Positions 35,295 to 46,667 of a DNA stretch of 64,000 bases are shown here, piece after piece (the first letter of the stretch is position 1; each line of letters opens with the position of its first letter). Below the pieces are notes generated by a model that saw nothing but the letters and a program-made list of their open reading frames with translations, had not been told where the DNA came from and did not search any database. Source of the DNA: Cyanophora paradoxa CCMP329 (taxonomy: Eukaryota; Plantae; Glaucophyta); NCBI GenBank assembly GCA_004431415.1, contig QPMI01000453.1, positions 310,001-374,000 of the forward strand, read 5' to 3'. Made by a program: the position numbers and the translations under genes.

Positions 35295-37026
35295 ATGTAC
35301 AATGGACCTCCGCGCGGCGGCAATCGAGGAGGAGCGGATAGTGCGTGCCTGCACGGCGTGCACTCGCCCGCCGCGGTTCTGACGCACCGAGCGGCCTCCC
35401 TGCAGTGTTCAAGTGGGACGATGTGAAGCATGACAAGTGAGTGCCACTTCGCGCTGCCGTGCTCTCCCCCCGATGCCGAGCTCCGCTGACCTGCCATTCT
35501 TCGCCCCCGTCGCCGCCCGCAGGAACAAGGAGTGTTATCTGGGTGCGCCCTGCGGTTTTCTTGTCGCCGCACGCCGCGTAGCTGACGTTCCGGCGCCAGG
35601 CTACTCCGTGAAGCTCACGAACAACCCCACGTTCAACTGCAGACGGCCGAACTCGCTGTGGTACGCGAGCGGCGAGTCGACGCTGCCCACGCTGTCGAAG
35701 CAGCACACCGCGGCCGAGGAGATCGCCGCCATCAAGAAGGCGGAGCAGGACATGATCGACGAAGCGCTGTGCGCGGCCCGGCCCGCGCCCCGCGAGCGAG
35801 CGCGCGGCCGCCCTGAGATCGCGCGCCGCAGGGGCATCAAGAAGAAGAAGAACGTCGACGACGTCCCGAAGCTCGACGCGTCCGAGATCCGCGACCTGAC
35901 GCGCCGCCGCGACGACAAGGAGGAGGTTCCCGAGGGCGTACGCATCCAGGGCCTCGGATTCGCGCCGTGCGCACGAGGCGCACGCGCTCGCCCGCCGCTC
36001 GCTCCGTTCTTAGTAGCCGCGCAGGGCGCCGCACCACGAAGGCGTGGAGCGGGACCTGCTCCCGGGGGCTCAGATGGTGCGGAGGCAGCTCGAGGCCGGA
36101 GACGGTGCGCGGAAGCTTTCCGCACCATGAAACGCGCGCGGCTAACGCGCGGCGAGCGCAGAGGGGGTACAGTCGGCGGTGGAGGGTACCGTGAAGCCGG
36201 GGGAGGCCCCCGGGCAGGCGGGGCCGGGGCCGGGCGGGCCGGGCCCGGGCGGGCGGGCCCTCCCGAGCTACAAGCAGTTCAAGAAGCTTCCGAAGGAACA
36301 GCGGAAGAGCTTCCCGAAGGAGATCGTTAAGCAGATCAAGGCAAGTACCCCCCGCCCGCGCCCGCCCGCGCCCCGCCCCGCGGCTCACGCCCCGCCTCAG
36401 AAAGCGTACAAGGCGGAGAAGAAGGCTGCAAAGAAGGCGGCCAAGGAGGAGAAGAAGCGCAAGCGGGCGGAAAGCTCGGACTCGTCGTCCTCGGTCCGCG
36501 CGCCAAGCACGCCCCGCACCAGTTGTCAAGGCTGACTGACGCCGGCGACGATCCGCACGCAGTCGGAAGCGGAGAGCGCGGCGTCGGGACCGCGCAGGAG
36601 GGAGCAGGAGCCTTCGCCCCCGCGGCGCGCCCCGGCGGCGGCCGCCGCCGACTCGCCGCCGCGCCGGCGCCCCGCCCGCGGCTCGGCCTCCCCGCCCCGG
36701 CGCCGGCCCTCGGCATCGCCCCCCAGGCGCAAGCCCTCCCGCTCGCCCCCACGGCGGAAGCCGGCGGACGGCTCCCCGCCCCGGCGCCCGCGCTCCCGGT
36801 CCCCGCCGCCCGCCGGGCCCGCTCCCGCTCGGCCTCTCCCGCGCGGGTCGAGGCCCCGTCTCCGCCCCGCCGCCGCCCCGCCGACTCGCCGCCCCGGCGG
36901 CGCCCCGCAGCCGCCGACTCGCCGCCCCGCCGCGATCGGGACCGGCGGGACGGGCGGGACCGGGACGAGCGGCGCCGCTCGCGCTCGCGCTCCCGCTCCC
37001 GCTCGCCCCCGCGCCGCGGGCGCTAG
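35295..37026 (+). CDS. MMTAG2: Multiple myeloma tumour-associated protein 2 (MMTAG2/C1orf35) homologue with Lys- and RS-rich tail
   Basis: Spliced N-terminus [68 protein letters not shown] matches the family motif RGG.RGG.D.F.W.DVK.DK..E.YLG.S; ends RSRSRSRSPPRRGR*. Confidence 0.85.
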
Positions 37027-37456
37027 CTAGCCACATACAGCTAGGGCGAGCTGCAAACCAGAAGATAGGGGCAGCAGAGCTCGAGAGCGTGCTTGTTATC
37101 TTCGATGCGAGTCCTATGCGAACAATCAATTAGGTACACCAGCGCTAGCCGCTGAGCACAATTTCACGCGATCGCGGGCACTAGCTATAGCTTTACTTAC
37201 ACATGCAATGCAATGCAACGCAACGCTCCACTTAGGCTTAGCCCAGGCCCGCGAGCTGGCTAGCTGGCTAGCTCCCGCGAGCTACGAGCGAAGCTGGAGG
37301 CCCTAGCTAGGCTGAGCCAAGCCAACGGCCCAAGCTCAAGCGGCTCCAGGCTTCAAGCCGAAGGCCTTGCGAAACTCCCAGGCGTAGGCCTAGGCCCCTC
37401 AGGCCTAGCGAACGCACAGCGGCGCGGGCTGAGCCAAGGCCGAATCCTAGCCAGGC

Positions 37457-38096
37457 CTAGGCCTGGCGGGCGTAGAGGGGCGAGAGCTCGGCGAGGAAGG
37501 CGGCGAGGGCCTCCTTCGAGGCGAGGTGCAGGCCTGCGTAGTGCCGGATCGGGGCCAGCTCCTCCAGGCCCTCGGGCGCCTGCCGGGGCGGAGCGGAGCG
37601 GGCGAGATTAAGATTGAAGGTGAGAAAGAAGGCAGGGCGCTAGGAATGCTACCCAGTGGAGCGTAACCTAGCCTCTAGCCCGGAGAGCGAGATACTTCGC
37701 GCTAGACCTGCCTGCCCGCGGAGGCAGGCAGCGACCCCTCTAGCCCGGCCTCACAGTCCCGGAAAGCGCGCGGCGCGCCCCCGCTGGCATCCGCGGGCCT
37801 TGACCGGCTCTCTTAAGGCTTTCTAGGACCTTAAGGCTTTCTAGGTTTAAGGCTTTGAGCTTTGAGCTCTTTTAAGCTTTAAGCTCTTAAGCACCGGCGG
37901 GCGGACCTTGACCGGCTCTTCTTCCGCCTCCTCCTCCTTCTTCTCCTCCTTCTCCTCCTCCTTCTTCTCCGCCTTGTCTTCGGCCTTCTCGTCCTCCTCC
38001 TTCTCCTCCTCCTGCGGCAGAGGTCAGACGCGCCAGACTCGACAGGTGGAGAGATAAGATAGGTGGATGGGTAGGTGAATGGATGGATAGAAGGAT

Positions 38097-38149
<53 letters not shown>

Positions 38150-41100
38150 AATCGCTTGCCTTGCCATCCTCCTCCTCCTCCTCCTTCTCCTCCTCCCCGC
38201 CCTTTGCCTTCTTGCCGCCCTTCTTCGCGCCTCCCGAAGTGCGGGCCTTCTTGCTGCCCTTCTTCGACGAGGAAGGCCCCTTGGACTCCGCCTTGCGCTT
38301 GGGGGCCTTCGGGACGGGCGCGCCCTCGAATGCGATCGGCTGAGGCTGGTTCTGCTCCTCCGCCTCGGCCTCAGAGACGCGGCGCGATTCCTTCGCGGTG
38401 GGCGCCAGCGCCGGGGACTTCCCGGCCGCCTCCCGCGCGGCGCGGAGGATGACGGGTACGAGGGCGTCCCGCGTGGGCCCGTGGAGCCTCCGCCCGGCCG
38501 CCGCCACCATCTCCTCGGTCCAGACGGCCAGGTCCAACGGAACCTCCGCGCCGTCCGTCTCCAGGACGTGGAGCACGGCCGCCGAGTAGAGGCGGAGGCG
38601 CCAATCACCCGCGAAGAGCGCCTACAGCAGGATCAAGTTTCAGGCGCGGATCAAATCTGGATCAAATTCAAATTTGAAATTTCGAACCTGGAAGCAGAGC
38701 TGCTGGAGGGCGGCGCGCTGCGCCCGCGTCGCCTTCTCGAAGGGGAGCGCCTCGCCCTTCTCGTAGGGCCGCGCCAGCGCCTGGTGAGAAGAACGTTAGA
38801 TACAATATAAGGACGTGTGAGAAGTGCAGTAAGGATTCAAGGCACCTCGACGCCGGCGAGCTATAAGAGCTAGAAGCTATAAGAGCTAGAAGAGCTAGAA
38901 GCTTTAAGAGCTATAAGAACATAAGGCACCTCAAGACGCGTGCTTGAGCTATAATAGCTATCTATAAGAGCTATAAGAAACCTTAAGAGGATTCGAGGCA
39001 CCTCGACGCCGGCGAGCTTGAGGAGGGAGCGCGGGCCCGTCTGGGCCACGCTGACCGCCATCGGGGGCCCCCCCTTCAGCAGCGCGTACGCGATCCTGCC
39101 CGGATCAGATCAGATCGGATCAGATCAAATCGAACTCAGATCTGATCTGATCAGATCTGATCTGATCTGATCTGATCTGATCTGAGCCGAGCCGCGCGCA
39201 CAGGTGCATCTCGCGGGCCGGGGCGGACGGGTCCTCGTCGCGCTCGGAGACGAGCACGTCGACGTCGGCCTCCTTGTCGATGAGGGCCTGCGCGCGTAAA
39301 GTCGGAGCGTGAGAAAAGAAGAGAGCAGCGTGAGGCACGGCCTAAGAGATCCTTAGCCTAAGAGCGCGTGTATAGCTTTAAGAGATTCTTGGCTTAAGTG
39401 GTGCTCCACGAAATGCCATAGCTTTAAGAGGGAAACACGCCCCCACCAAGAGGGCTAGCTAGTACCCACCTCGAGCTTCTCAGCGGATGCGGCGCGGACG
39501 GCAGTCGCGGCGATGCCCGGCACCGACGCGATGCGCTTGTTGATGCGCAAGAGGTGCACCAGGATGTACCTGGATCGAATCCGTTAGTTCGAGGCGGAAG
39601 GGGGGGTACGTTTCGCATGCGGATTTCGCGTACCCCGCCACGGCGCCGTGCTTGGCGGCCAGGGCGGCCCGGATGCACTCCTCGGCGTGTCCGGCGAGGT
39701 GATCCCGCGCCCCCGCCGCCTCCACAAGGAACTGTACCCCTGCGCCCGCCCGCTATCAGCTCCAACCCGAAGAAGAAGCGGGGGTACGTCTGTCTTCAAA
39801 GCTTCAAAGAAGGAAGGCACCGTCCAGGCGGCCGCGGGCAGCGGTGTGGCGGAGCGCCTCCGCGACGATCTGCTCCCGGGTCGCGGGGGCGCGGGGGGCC
39901 AGGCCCCGCAGGATGCGCCTGGGCGGAACGTAAGCCAGTGGCCCAGCAGCAAATGGTTTAGCTCCAGCTTAGCTCTTCTTAGCTCTTGGGCTCTTTTATC
40001 TTTTAAGCTTCTTAAGTTTAGCTAAAAGCTTTAGCTAAAAGGAAGAAGCGGACCGGGATGGCGCTCTCTTCTTCTTCCCTTTAAGCTCTAGCTTAGCTCT
40101 TGGGCTCTTTTAGATCTTGAGCTTCCTAAGCTTCAGCTTGAGCTTTGGCGGACCGGGCGATGGGGAGGGCGGTGGGCCCCGGGATCTCGAGGGCGAGCCC
40201 GAGGGCGTTCTCGGCCACGGATCTTACTAGGATCTTACTAGGATCTTACTAGGATCCTATTAGGATCTTATTAGGATCCTATTAGGATATTATTATGATC
40301 CTATTAGGATCTTATTACGGACCGGGCGATGGGGAGGGCGGTGGGCCCCGGGATCTCGAGGGCGAGCCCAAGGGCGTTCTCGGCCACGTCGAACTCCCCG
40401 GCGCCGATCTCCCGCCCGCCGCTGAGAAAGACGGAGAGTTAGCTTGTATGTGGATTTGGCTTAGGGGGCGGGCGGGGCGGGGGTAGAAAGGCACCGGTCG
40501 AGGATGGCGGGGACGAGGCCGGCGTACTTGCGGGCGAGGGCGAGGCGGAGGACGTTGCACGCCTCCTCGGCCCGCGGCTGCGAACGGAGGCAACGGCTGA
40601 GGAGGGCGAAGCGCCGAGGGGCGCTGGGAGGGCGGGCCCGCTATCTGTGTCTGGGGAGAGAGAGGCGAGAGCAGCGCCCACTTCTAGCCATTTAGACGGG
40701 GAGGGGGGTGGGGTGGGGGGGGGGGGGTAGACGGACCAGGGCGCCGGCCTTGGCCGCCTCCTCGGCCTCCTCGGCCTCCCGCCGCGCCCGCTCCTCCGCC
40801 CGCTTCTTCTGCGAGAGGCGAAGACGTAGGCGTGAGAAGGTTGGATGGAAGGCTGGAAGGAAGGGCTCATCCATTAGTCCGCGGGCTCATCCATTAGCTC
40901 AAGCTAAGCTCAAGAGGCTTAAAAGATAATAGAGGCTTAAGCTAGAGAGCGGTGGGGCCGGCCGGCCGGCCGGCACACGCCTTGGCCTCGTCGTCCTTCC
41001 TTTAGCTCAAGCTAAAGCTTAAGAAGCTAGAAGAAAGGCCTTAAGAAGCTCAAGAAGCTAAAGCTAAACTAAAGCCTTTAGCTTTCGCGCATCCTCTTAG

Positions 41101-44100
41101 AAGAAAGGCGCGCGCCTTGGCCTCGTCGTCAAGGTCCGCAGGCTCATTCTTTAGTAAAGCTAAAGCTTAAGAAGAAAAGCTAAGCTAGAGCTAAAAGGGA
41201 AGGAGAGGGCTCGCCTTGGCCTCGTCGTCGAGGTCGGCCGGCTCGGGGGCCTCCTCGGGGGCCGCGTCCGGCGCACGCTCGCCGGCGCGCCAGCGCTGCA
41301 GCACCAGCTGCAAGCGCGAGCGGGTCAGAGACGGGCGCGGGGCCTAGCTATCTACCTATCTAGCTTAAGGTCTCTTGGATGCGAGTCTTCACATCTATCT
41401 ATCTTTCATCTAGTTTCATCTTTCATCTATATATCATGGGCGCGGGCCTATCTAGCTAGTTCTGGGAGCTTGCACGGACCGTGGCGATGCCGAGGTACCA
41501 GTTGCTGAGTGCGATCTCGAGCGGGGCGCGCCGCCGGCCGCCGGGCCACGTCGGGCGGTTGAGGGCGGGGGAGCCCTCGCCGGCTGCGGAGGGGGAGGGA
41601 GGGGGCGGCGGTCAGGCGGGGCTGAGCCGAGCGGAGCCGAGCCGAGCGCTGAGGGGCGGCGGGAGGAGCTAAAGCATAGAGAGAAGCATAAGGATAGGAG
41701 CTAGCTAGCCTAAGCATAGGAGGGAGGCGGCGGCGGTCGGGCGGGGCTGAGCTGAAGCTGAGCCGAGCGCTGAGGGGCGGCGGGCAAAGCTAGAGGGCAG
41801 AGAGCAGGGCCGCGGAGCCTAGGAAGCTCAAGGAAGCTTAGAAAAGCGGAGCGCAAGGCCGTGGAGCGGCAGACTCTCATCCTAATCTAAGAAGCTCTCT
41901 CATCTTAGGGGCGGCGGGCGGAGCTAGAGCACGGCATGCGGAGCCGGCGGGCGCCCGTTCGTCCATGAGGCCTATAGCTAGGAAGCTAGGAAGGCAGAGC
42001 GCGTGGCCTACGGAATCTCTCATCCTAATCTAAGAAGCCGAGCTTAGCCTACTTAGCTAAAGGGTAGGGAGCCAAAGCTAAGTTGAGGGGGCGGGCGGGC
42101 GGGGGCGGACCGAGGGCGAGGAGGACGGCGGCGAACTCCTGGGTCCCGTTCTCCGCCGCGAACGTGAGCGACGCGGAGAGGAGCCGGTCGTGGACCTGAG
42201 AAGAAGAATCCCGTCAGAGGGTTGTGGAGTTAAATAGGATCTTATAGCAAAAACGGATCTTATTAGAGCGACGGGACGCGGATCTTATCAGGATCTGATC
42301 AGATTTTAGAACGACGGGCGGCGGACCTCGCCGTCGAGCATGTGAACCAGCGACTTGACCGTGTCGAAGCCCTGCCGGGGGCGGGGCGTCAGGGCGGCGC
42401 GGGGGCGGGGCAGCACTGGAGGAGGCGGGGCGAGGACGGAAATCTAGCTAAATCTAGCTGAGTCCCTCGCCCTAGGCGTGCTATGCTTCGTTCCCGCGGA
42501 CCCTCCATCCATCTACCCATCCCGACGGGGCGGAGCGCGGGGCGCGGGGCGCGGGGCGCGGGCGCGCGGACCTGCTGGAGCTTGAGGGCGCGCATGAGGG
42601 CGGCGCCGGCGTCCTCGCCCGTAAAGTCCCGCGAGAGCAGCAGGATCTGGGGGCGAGGCGTGAGTGCCGCGGCGCTGGCTTTACATCCCCTTAGGATCTG
42701 GGGGCTTGGAGTGGACCGAGAGGGGGGGCAGGAAGGCGTGCGGGCGTGGGCGCGGCGAAGGCTAGAGGCCACCCCCTCCTCAGGACGGCTAGAGCGACGG
42801 CGCGGCTAGGACGGCTAAAGACGGCACCCTAGGACCTCCCTCTAGCCCTCCCCTCTACCCCTCCAGCATCTAGCTGAGGGGAGCGGGCTAGAGCGCGGCT
42901 AGAGACGGCACTGCGGCTGGGGCGGCTAGAGACGGCACCCTAGGACCTCCCTCTAGCCCTCCCCTCTACCCCTTCAGCATCTAGCTGGGGGGAGCAAGAC
43001 GGCTAGAGACGGCGCGGCGAGGACGGCTAGAGACGGAACTGCGGCTAGGACGGCTAAAGACGGCACTATAGGACCTTCCTCTGGCCCTCTAGCCACCCTA
43101 GGGGGGGGGGGGGGGGGGGCAAGCGGACCTTGACGGCCTCGCCCATCTTCTTCTGGAGGGCGCGCCGCAGAACGAGGGCGCGGTCCGCCCGCCGGACCAG
43201 CTCGGGCTCGGCCGGGGCCGCCGGACCCTTCCCGCGCTCCTCCTTGACGGCAGATGCGGCCGGCTGGGGCGACGACGTCGTCGTCGTCGTCGGCGCAGCG
43301 GCCACGTCCTTGGCGCCGCCGCTGCGGCGGAGGCGCTCGCGGCCGGGCGCAGGCGGCGCGGAGGCGAGCGCCGAGGCCGGCTCGGCGGGGGCCTTGGCGG
43401 CGGCGGCCGGCGCGTGCTTGGCGCGGGCCTGCTCGGCGCGCAGATGGAGGATCTTGGTCGCCGCTCCGAGGCAGCCGTGCTCCAGGGCGACAAGCAGCGG
43501 GTCCTGCGGCTCGAACTGGACGGCCGCCAGCGTCGGCGTCACGCCCAGCGCCACTGCGAACGGCGGGCGGCCGGGCGTCAGGCATGGAAGGGGCGGCGGA
43601 AGGGAGGGCGAGAGGAGCACACGGAGCTTCTCCGCCTTCTCGTTCTCTCCCTTGCGTAGGTACCGAACGAGGGCGCGTGTGCCGGGCTTCGAATCCGCGA
43701 AGTTGAAGTCGCGGCCCCAGGTCAGGAGGTACCTGCGGCGCGGGCGGATCGGGCGGGGCGGGCGGATCGGGCGGGGCGGGACGGATCGGGATCAAAAGTG
43801 GACGCTCAGCGCACTTGGCAAGGTCTTCGCGGCCCTTGTTGAGCGCGTGCTGGATCCAGTGGCCCGCGACGCGCACGTACTTGACGACATGCTCGCCATC
43901 TGCCGGACGGCGGCGTCAGCCCGAACGGCGGGCGGGCACCGAGACATTCCAGAGGCTCGCTCGGCCATCGAGTGCGCCCGATCGGCCACGAGGCGCATGT
44001 GGCTTACCTGAGCAGATCTCGGCCTGCGGGGGCCCGTCAGCGGCCGGCGCCCGGCACTTAAACGATAGCATCGGACCTGCTGGAAGAGAAGCTCGACGAT

Positions 44101-44489
44101 TTCAAGGTCTCCGCGCTCCACGGCGGCGCGGAAGGTCTGCCGCAAGGATTTGGCGAGGTCAGGGCTCGGGAGCCGGTGAGCAGAGGCGAGCTTGTACGCG
44201 AGCCTCCGCGCGTCATTCGGGGCATTTCGGAGCGATTGCACCACCGCTCGCCCCGCCGAGGCCCGGCAAGAGGCTCACCTCAAAGTCGATCCGGGCCTTG
44301 TGGTCAGAGTCCACGCACAGCAGCTGACGATCCGAAGATTTCAACGAGCGGGAGATGACCGGAGGGCACCGAGAAACGAACCTGGCAGTCGAGCTTGTCC
44401 CGAACCGTCTCGATAGGAGCGCCGCTCTCGATGGCCACCTGAAGAGCCGACTTCACGACCTGGATCCCTCCGGGAGCCGCCGACGCCAT
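37457..44489 (-). CDS. Large ankyrin-like alpha-helical repeat protein with many exons
   Basis: Ankyrin-like motifs SALQVAIESG, TFRAAVERGDLEIVELLF, HALNKGREDLAKYLL, DPLLVALEHGCLGAATKIL, SLTFAAENGTQEFAAVLL, APLEIALSNWYLGIA, ALRHTAARGRLD; ATG 44489, TAG 37459-37457. Confidence 0.7.
38097..38148. repeat. (GATA)n microsatellite, intronic
   Basis: About 13 atag units. Confidence 0.95.
40219..40317. repeat. Intronic minisatellite (ggatcttacta/ggatcctatta), 11-bp unit
   Basis: Directly visible. Confidence 0.85.
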
Positions 44490-44713
44490 TGCGCCCGAGC
44501 TCTCGACGTCGGGCTGTACCCGGGCTAGCGCTCTACCCCCCCCCCGGTCTTTACAAGTTCGCCTCAAGGACCTCGGCCCGCTGTATTCGAACACAGCCCG
44601 CTTGCTTCTCCGGCTCTTAGATCCGTTTGCTCCGCCTCTGTCCAGGCCTCGTCCAACTCCAGCCAACTCCGCCTCTGTCCAGGCCTCGTCCAGGCCTCGT
44701 CCATCCCAAACAC

Positions 44714-45901
44714 ATGGGACAGTCGATCAGCACATGCTTAGGCCTCAGAGGTCGACATCAGCGCGAGCCTGAAAACGCAGAGCTTCTGCAGCTGCTTGCC
44801 CGGTTGCGCGAAGCAAACCAGGCGCGCTCGTCCGAGCGAACACGGGGTGTTGCCGACCTTGATCTTGATGTTTGCAGGAACGCGAGGCGGCGGAGCGTGG
44901 GCGCGTGGAGGCGGAACGAGTGGCGCAGCGGGAGCGCGAGGTGCTCGATTGCGGGCTGATGCGCTTGCGGCGTGATGCCGATCTTGATCTTGATGTTTGC
45001 AGGAACGCGAGGCGGCGGAGCGTGGGCGCGTGGAGGCGGAACGAGTGGCGCAGCGGGAGCGAGAGGTGCGCGATTGCGGGCTGATGCGCTTGCGGCGTGA
45101 TGCCGATCTTGATCTTGATGTTTGCAGGAACGCGAGGCGGCGGAGCGTGGGCGCGTGGAGGCGGAACGAGTGGCGCAGCAGGAGCGAGAGGTGCGCGATT
45201 GCGGGCTGATGCGCTTGCGGCGTGATGCCGATCTTGATCTTGATGTTTGCAGGAACGCGAGGCGGCGGAGCGTGGGCGCGTGGAGGCGGAACGAGTGGCG
45301 CAGCGGGAGCGAGAGGCGCGCGATTGCGGGCTGATGCGCTTGCGGCGTGATGCCGATCTTGATCTTGATGTTTGCAGGAACGCGAGGCGGCGGAGCGTGG
45401 GCGCGTGGAGGCGGAACGAGTGGCGCAGCGGGAGCGAGAGGTGCGCGATTGCGGGCTGATGCGCTTGCGGCGTGATGCCGATCTTGATCTTGTTTGCAGG
45501 ACCGCGAGGCGGCGGAGCGACTGGCGCAGCAGGAGCGAGAGGTGCGCGATTGCGGGCTGATGCGCTTGCGGCGTGATGCCGATCTTGATCTTGTTTGCAG
45601 GAACGCGAGGTGGCGGAGCGGGGGCGCGAGGCAGTGGAGCGAGCAGCAGAGCACAGGATCGCACTTGACCGACAGATGATGGAGACTGCAGCCGCGGCAG
45701 AAGGTGGGGACACGTTTTTCGTGATTCAAAACCTTTGTTTAAGACAGGTCGCCAGGTCTTTCGCTTGAGGACTACATCCGGCAGGTGCTCTCAAAGCTTC
45801 AAAAAAGAAGTCAGCTCATGGGCACCAGTGGCAACATGGCGCGTCACACGTTAGCCAAGCTCCGCGGCCACACCGAAGCGGTGATCTCCTCCCAGAAGTG
45901 A
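44714..45901 (+). CDS. Putatively N-myristoylated protein with E/R-rich helical repeats, each encoded by its own exon (3' end uncertain)
   Basis: Start MGQSISTCLG; exons 44714-44821, 44878-44940, 45003-45065, 45128-45190, 45253-45315, 45378-45440, 45500-45541, 45601-45703, ~45756-45901; repeat peptide EREAAERGRVEAERVAQRERE. Confidence 0.7.
44850..45625. repeat. 125-bp tandem array (~6 copies), each unit a 63-nt exon plus a 62-nt intron
   Basis: Period 125 from tttgcag acceptors ending at 44877, 45002, 45127, 45252, 45377, then shorter units ending 45499 and 45600. Confidence 0.95.
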
Positions 45902-46667
45902 GTCGAGCTGCTGCATCGGAGGGTTCATCACAACCAGCCGTCACTCCCGTCTCAACTCCCTCGGACCTTTCACGAACGCTCTCATCATCAGAAGGTCAAT
46001 CTGGAGTCGACCAGAGCGACTCTTCCCGTCGCCCATCGACCGAGGGCGAGCAATAGTCGGGGATGCAGCTTTGGAGCAGGTTACCTGTACTTGAAACAAC
46101 AATTGCTAATTGCCTCACCGTCACGCAGAATCGTGTGAGAACAGGAAGCGCGGGGGAAGGGAGGGGAGAACTAGCGCTATAGCTAGCTATAGCCTAGTAG
46201 ATAGTAGATCCGAAAGGGAGGCGAGCTCGAGATCCTCAGAATTTCGGATCCCACCCCTCGGCCCTGCAGCTGCGCCGGCGCCCCGCCCCCCCCTTCCCCC
46301 CCCTCCCACACACGCGTGCACACACACACACACCACCATCACCACCTCCACGCATAGTTTGCAAGTTTGCATGGCATACACATAGAGGCTGAAGAGGCCA
46401 CTCCAGTCTGGTCCTGCGAGGCGGGTCGAGGTCGGCGGCGGACGCGCAGTTTGGGTGGTTCAGCAGATGTAGTGAATACTGTTCACAGAAACGAGAATAA
46501 TACACAATAAACGAAAGGTAGCCCCAGGGCACACCAAGACTGCATCTAAACGCGAATTCAAACCGCGCGGCGCTCGCCGAGTCGCTTTCCGAGGCCCACT
46601 ATTAGGCCATGATCTCGCCGCGGGCGAGGGCGCGGATCATCTCAACGATCATCTCAACGTGCCCGCG

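Noticed and set aside
35837-37129. 430-aa minus ORF
   Set aside because: Antisense shadow of the GC-rich MMTAG2 exons.
44738-45729. Three overlapping ~310-320 aa ORFs in all minus frames
   Set aside because: They result from a stop-free repeat whose period is not a multiple of 3; the + strand exon/intron reading explains the unit exactly.
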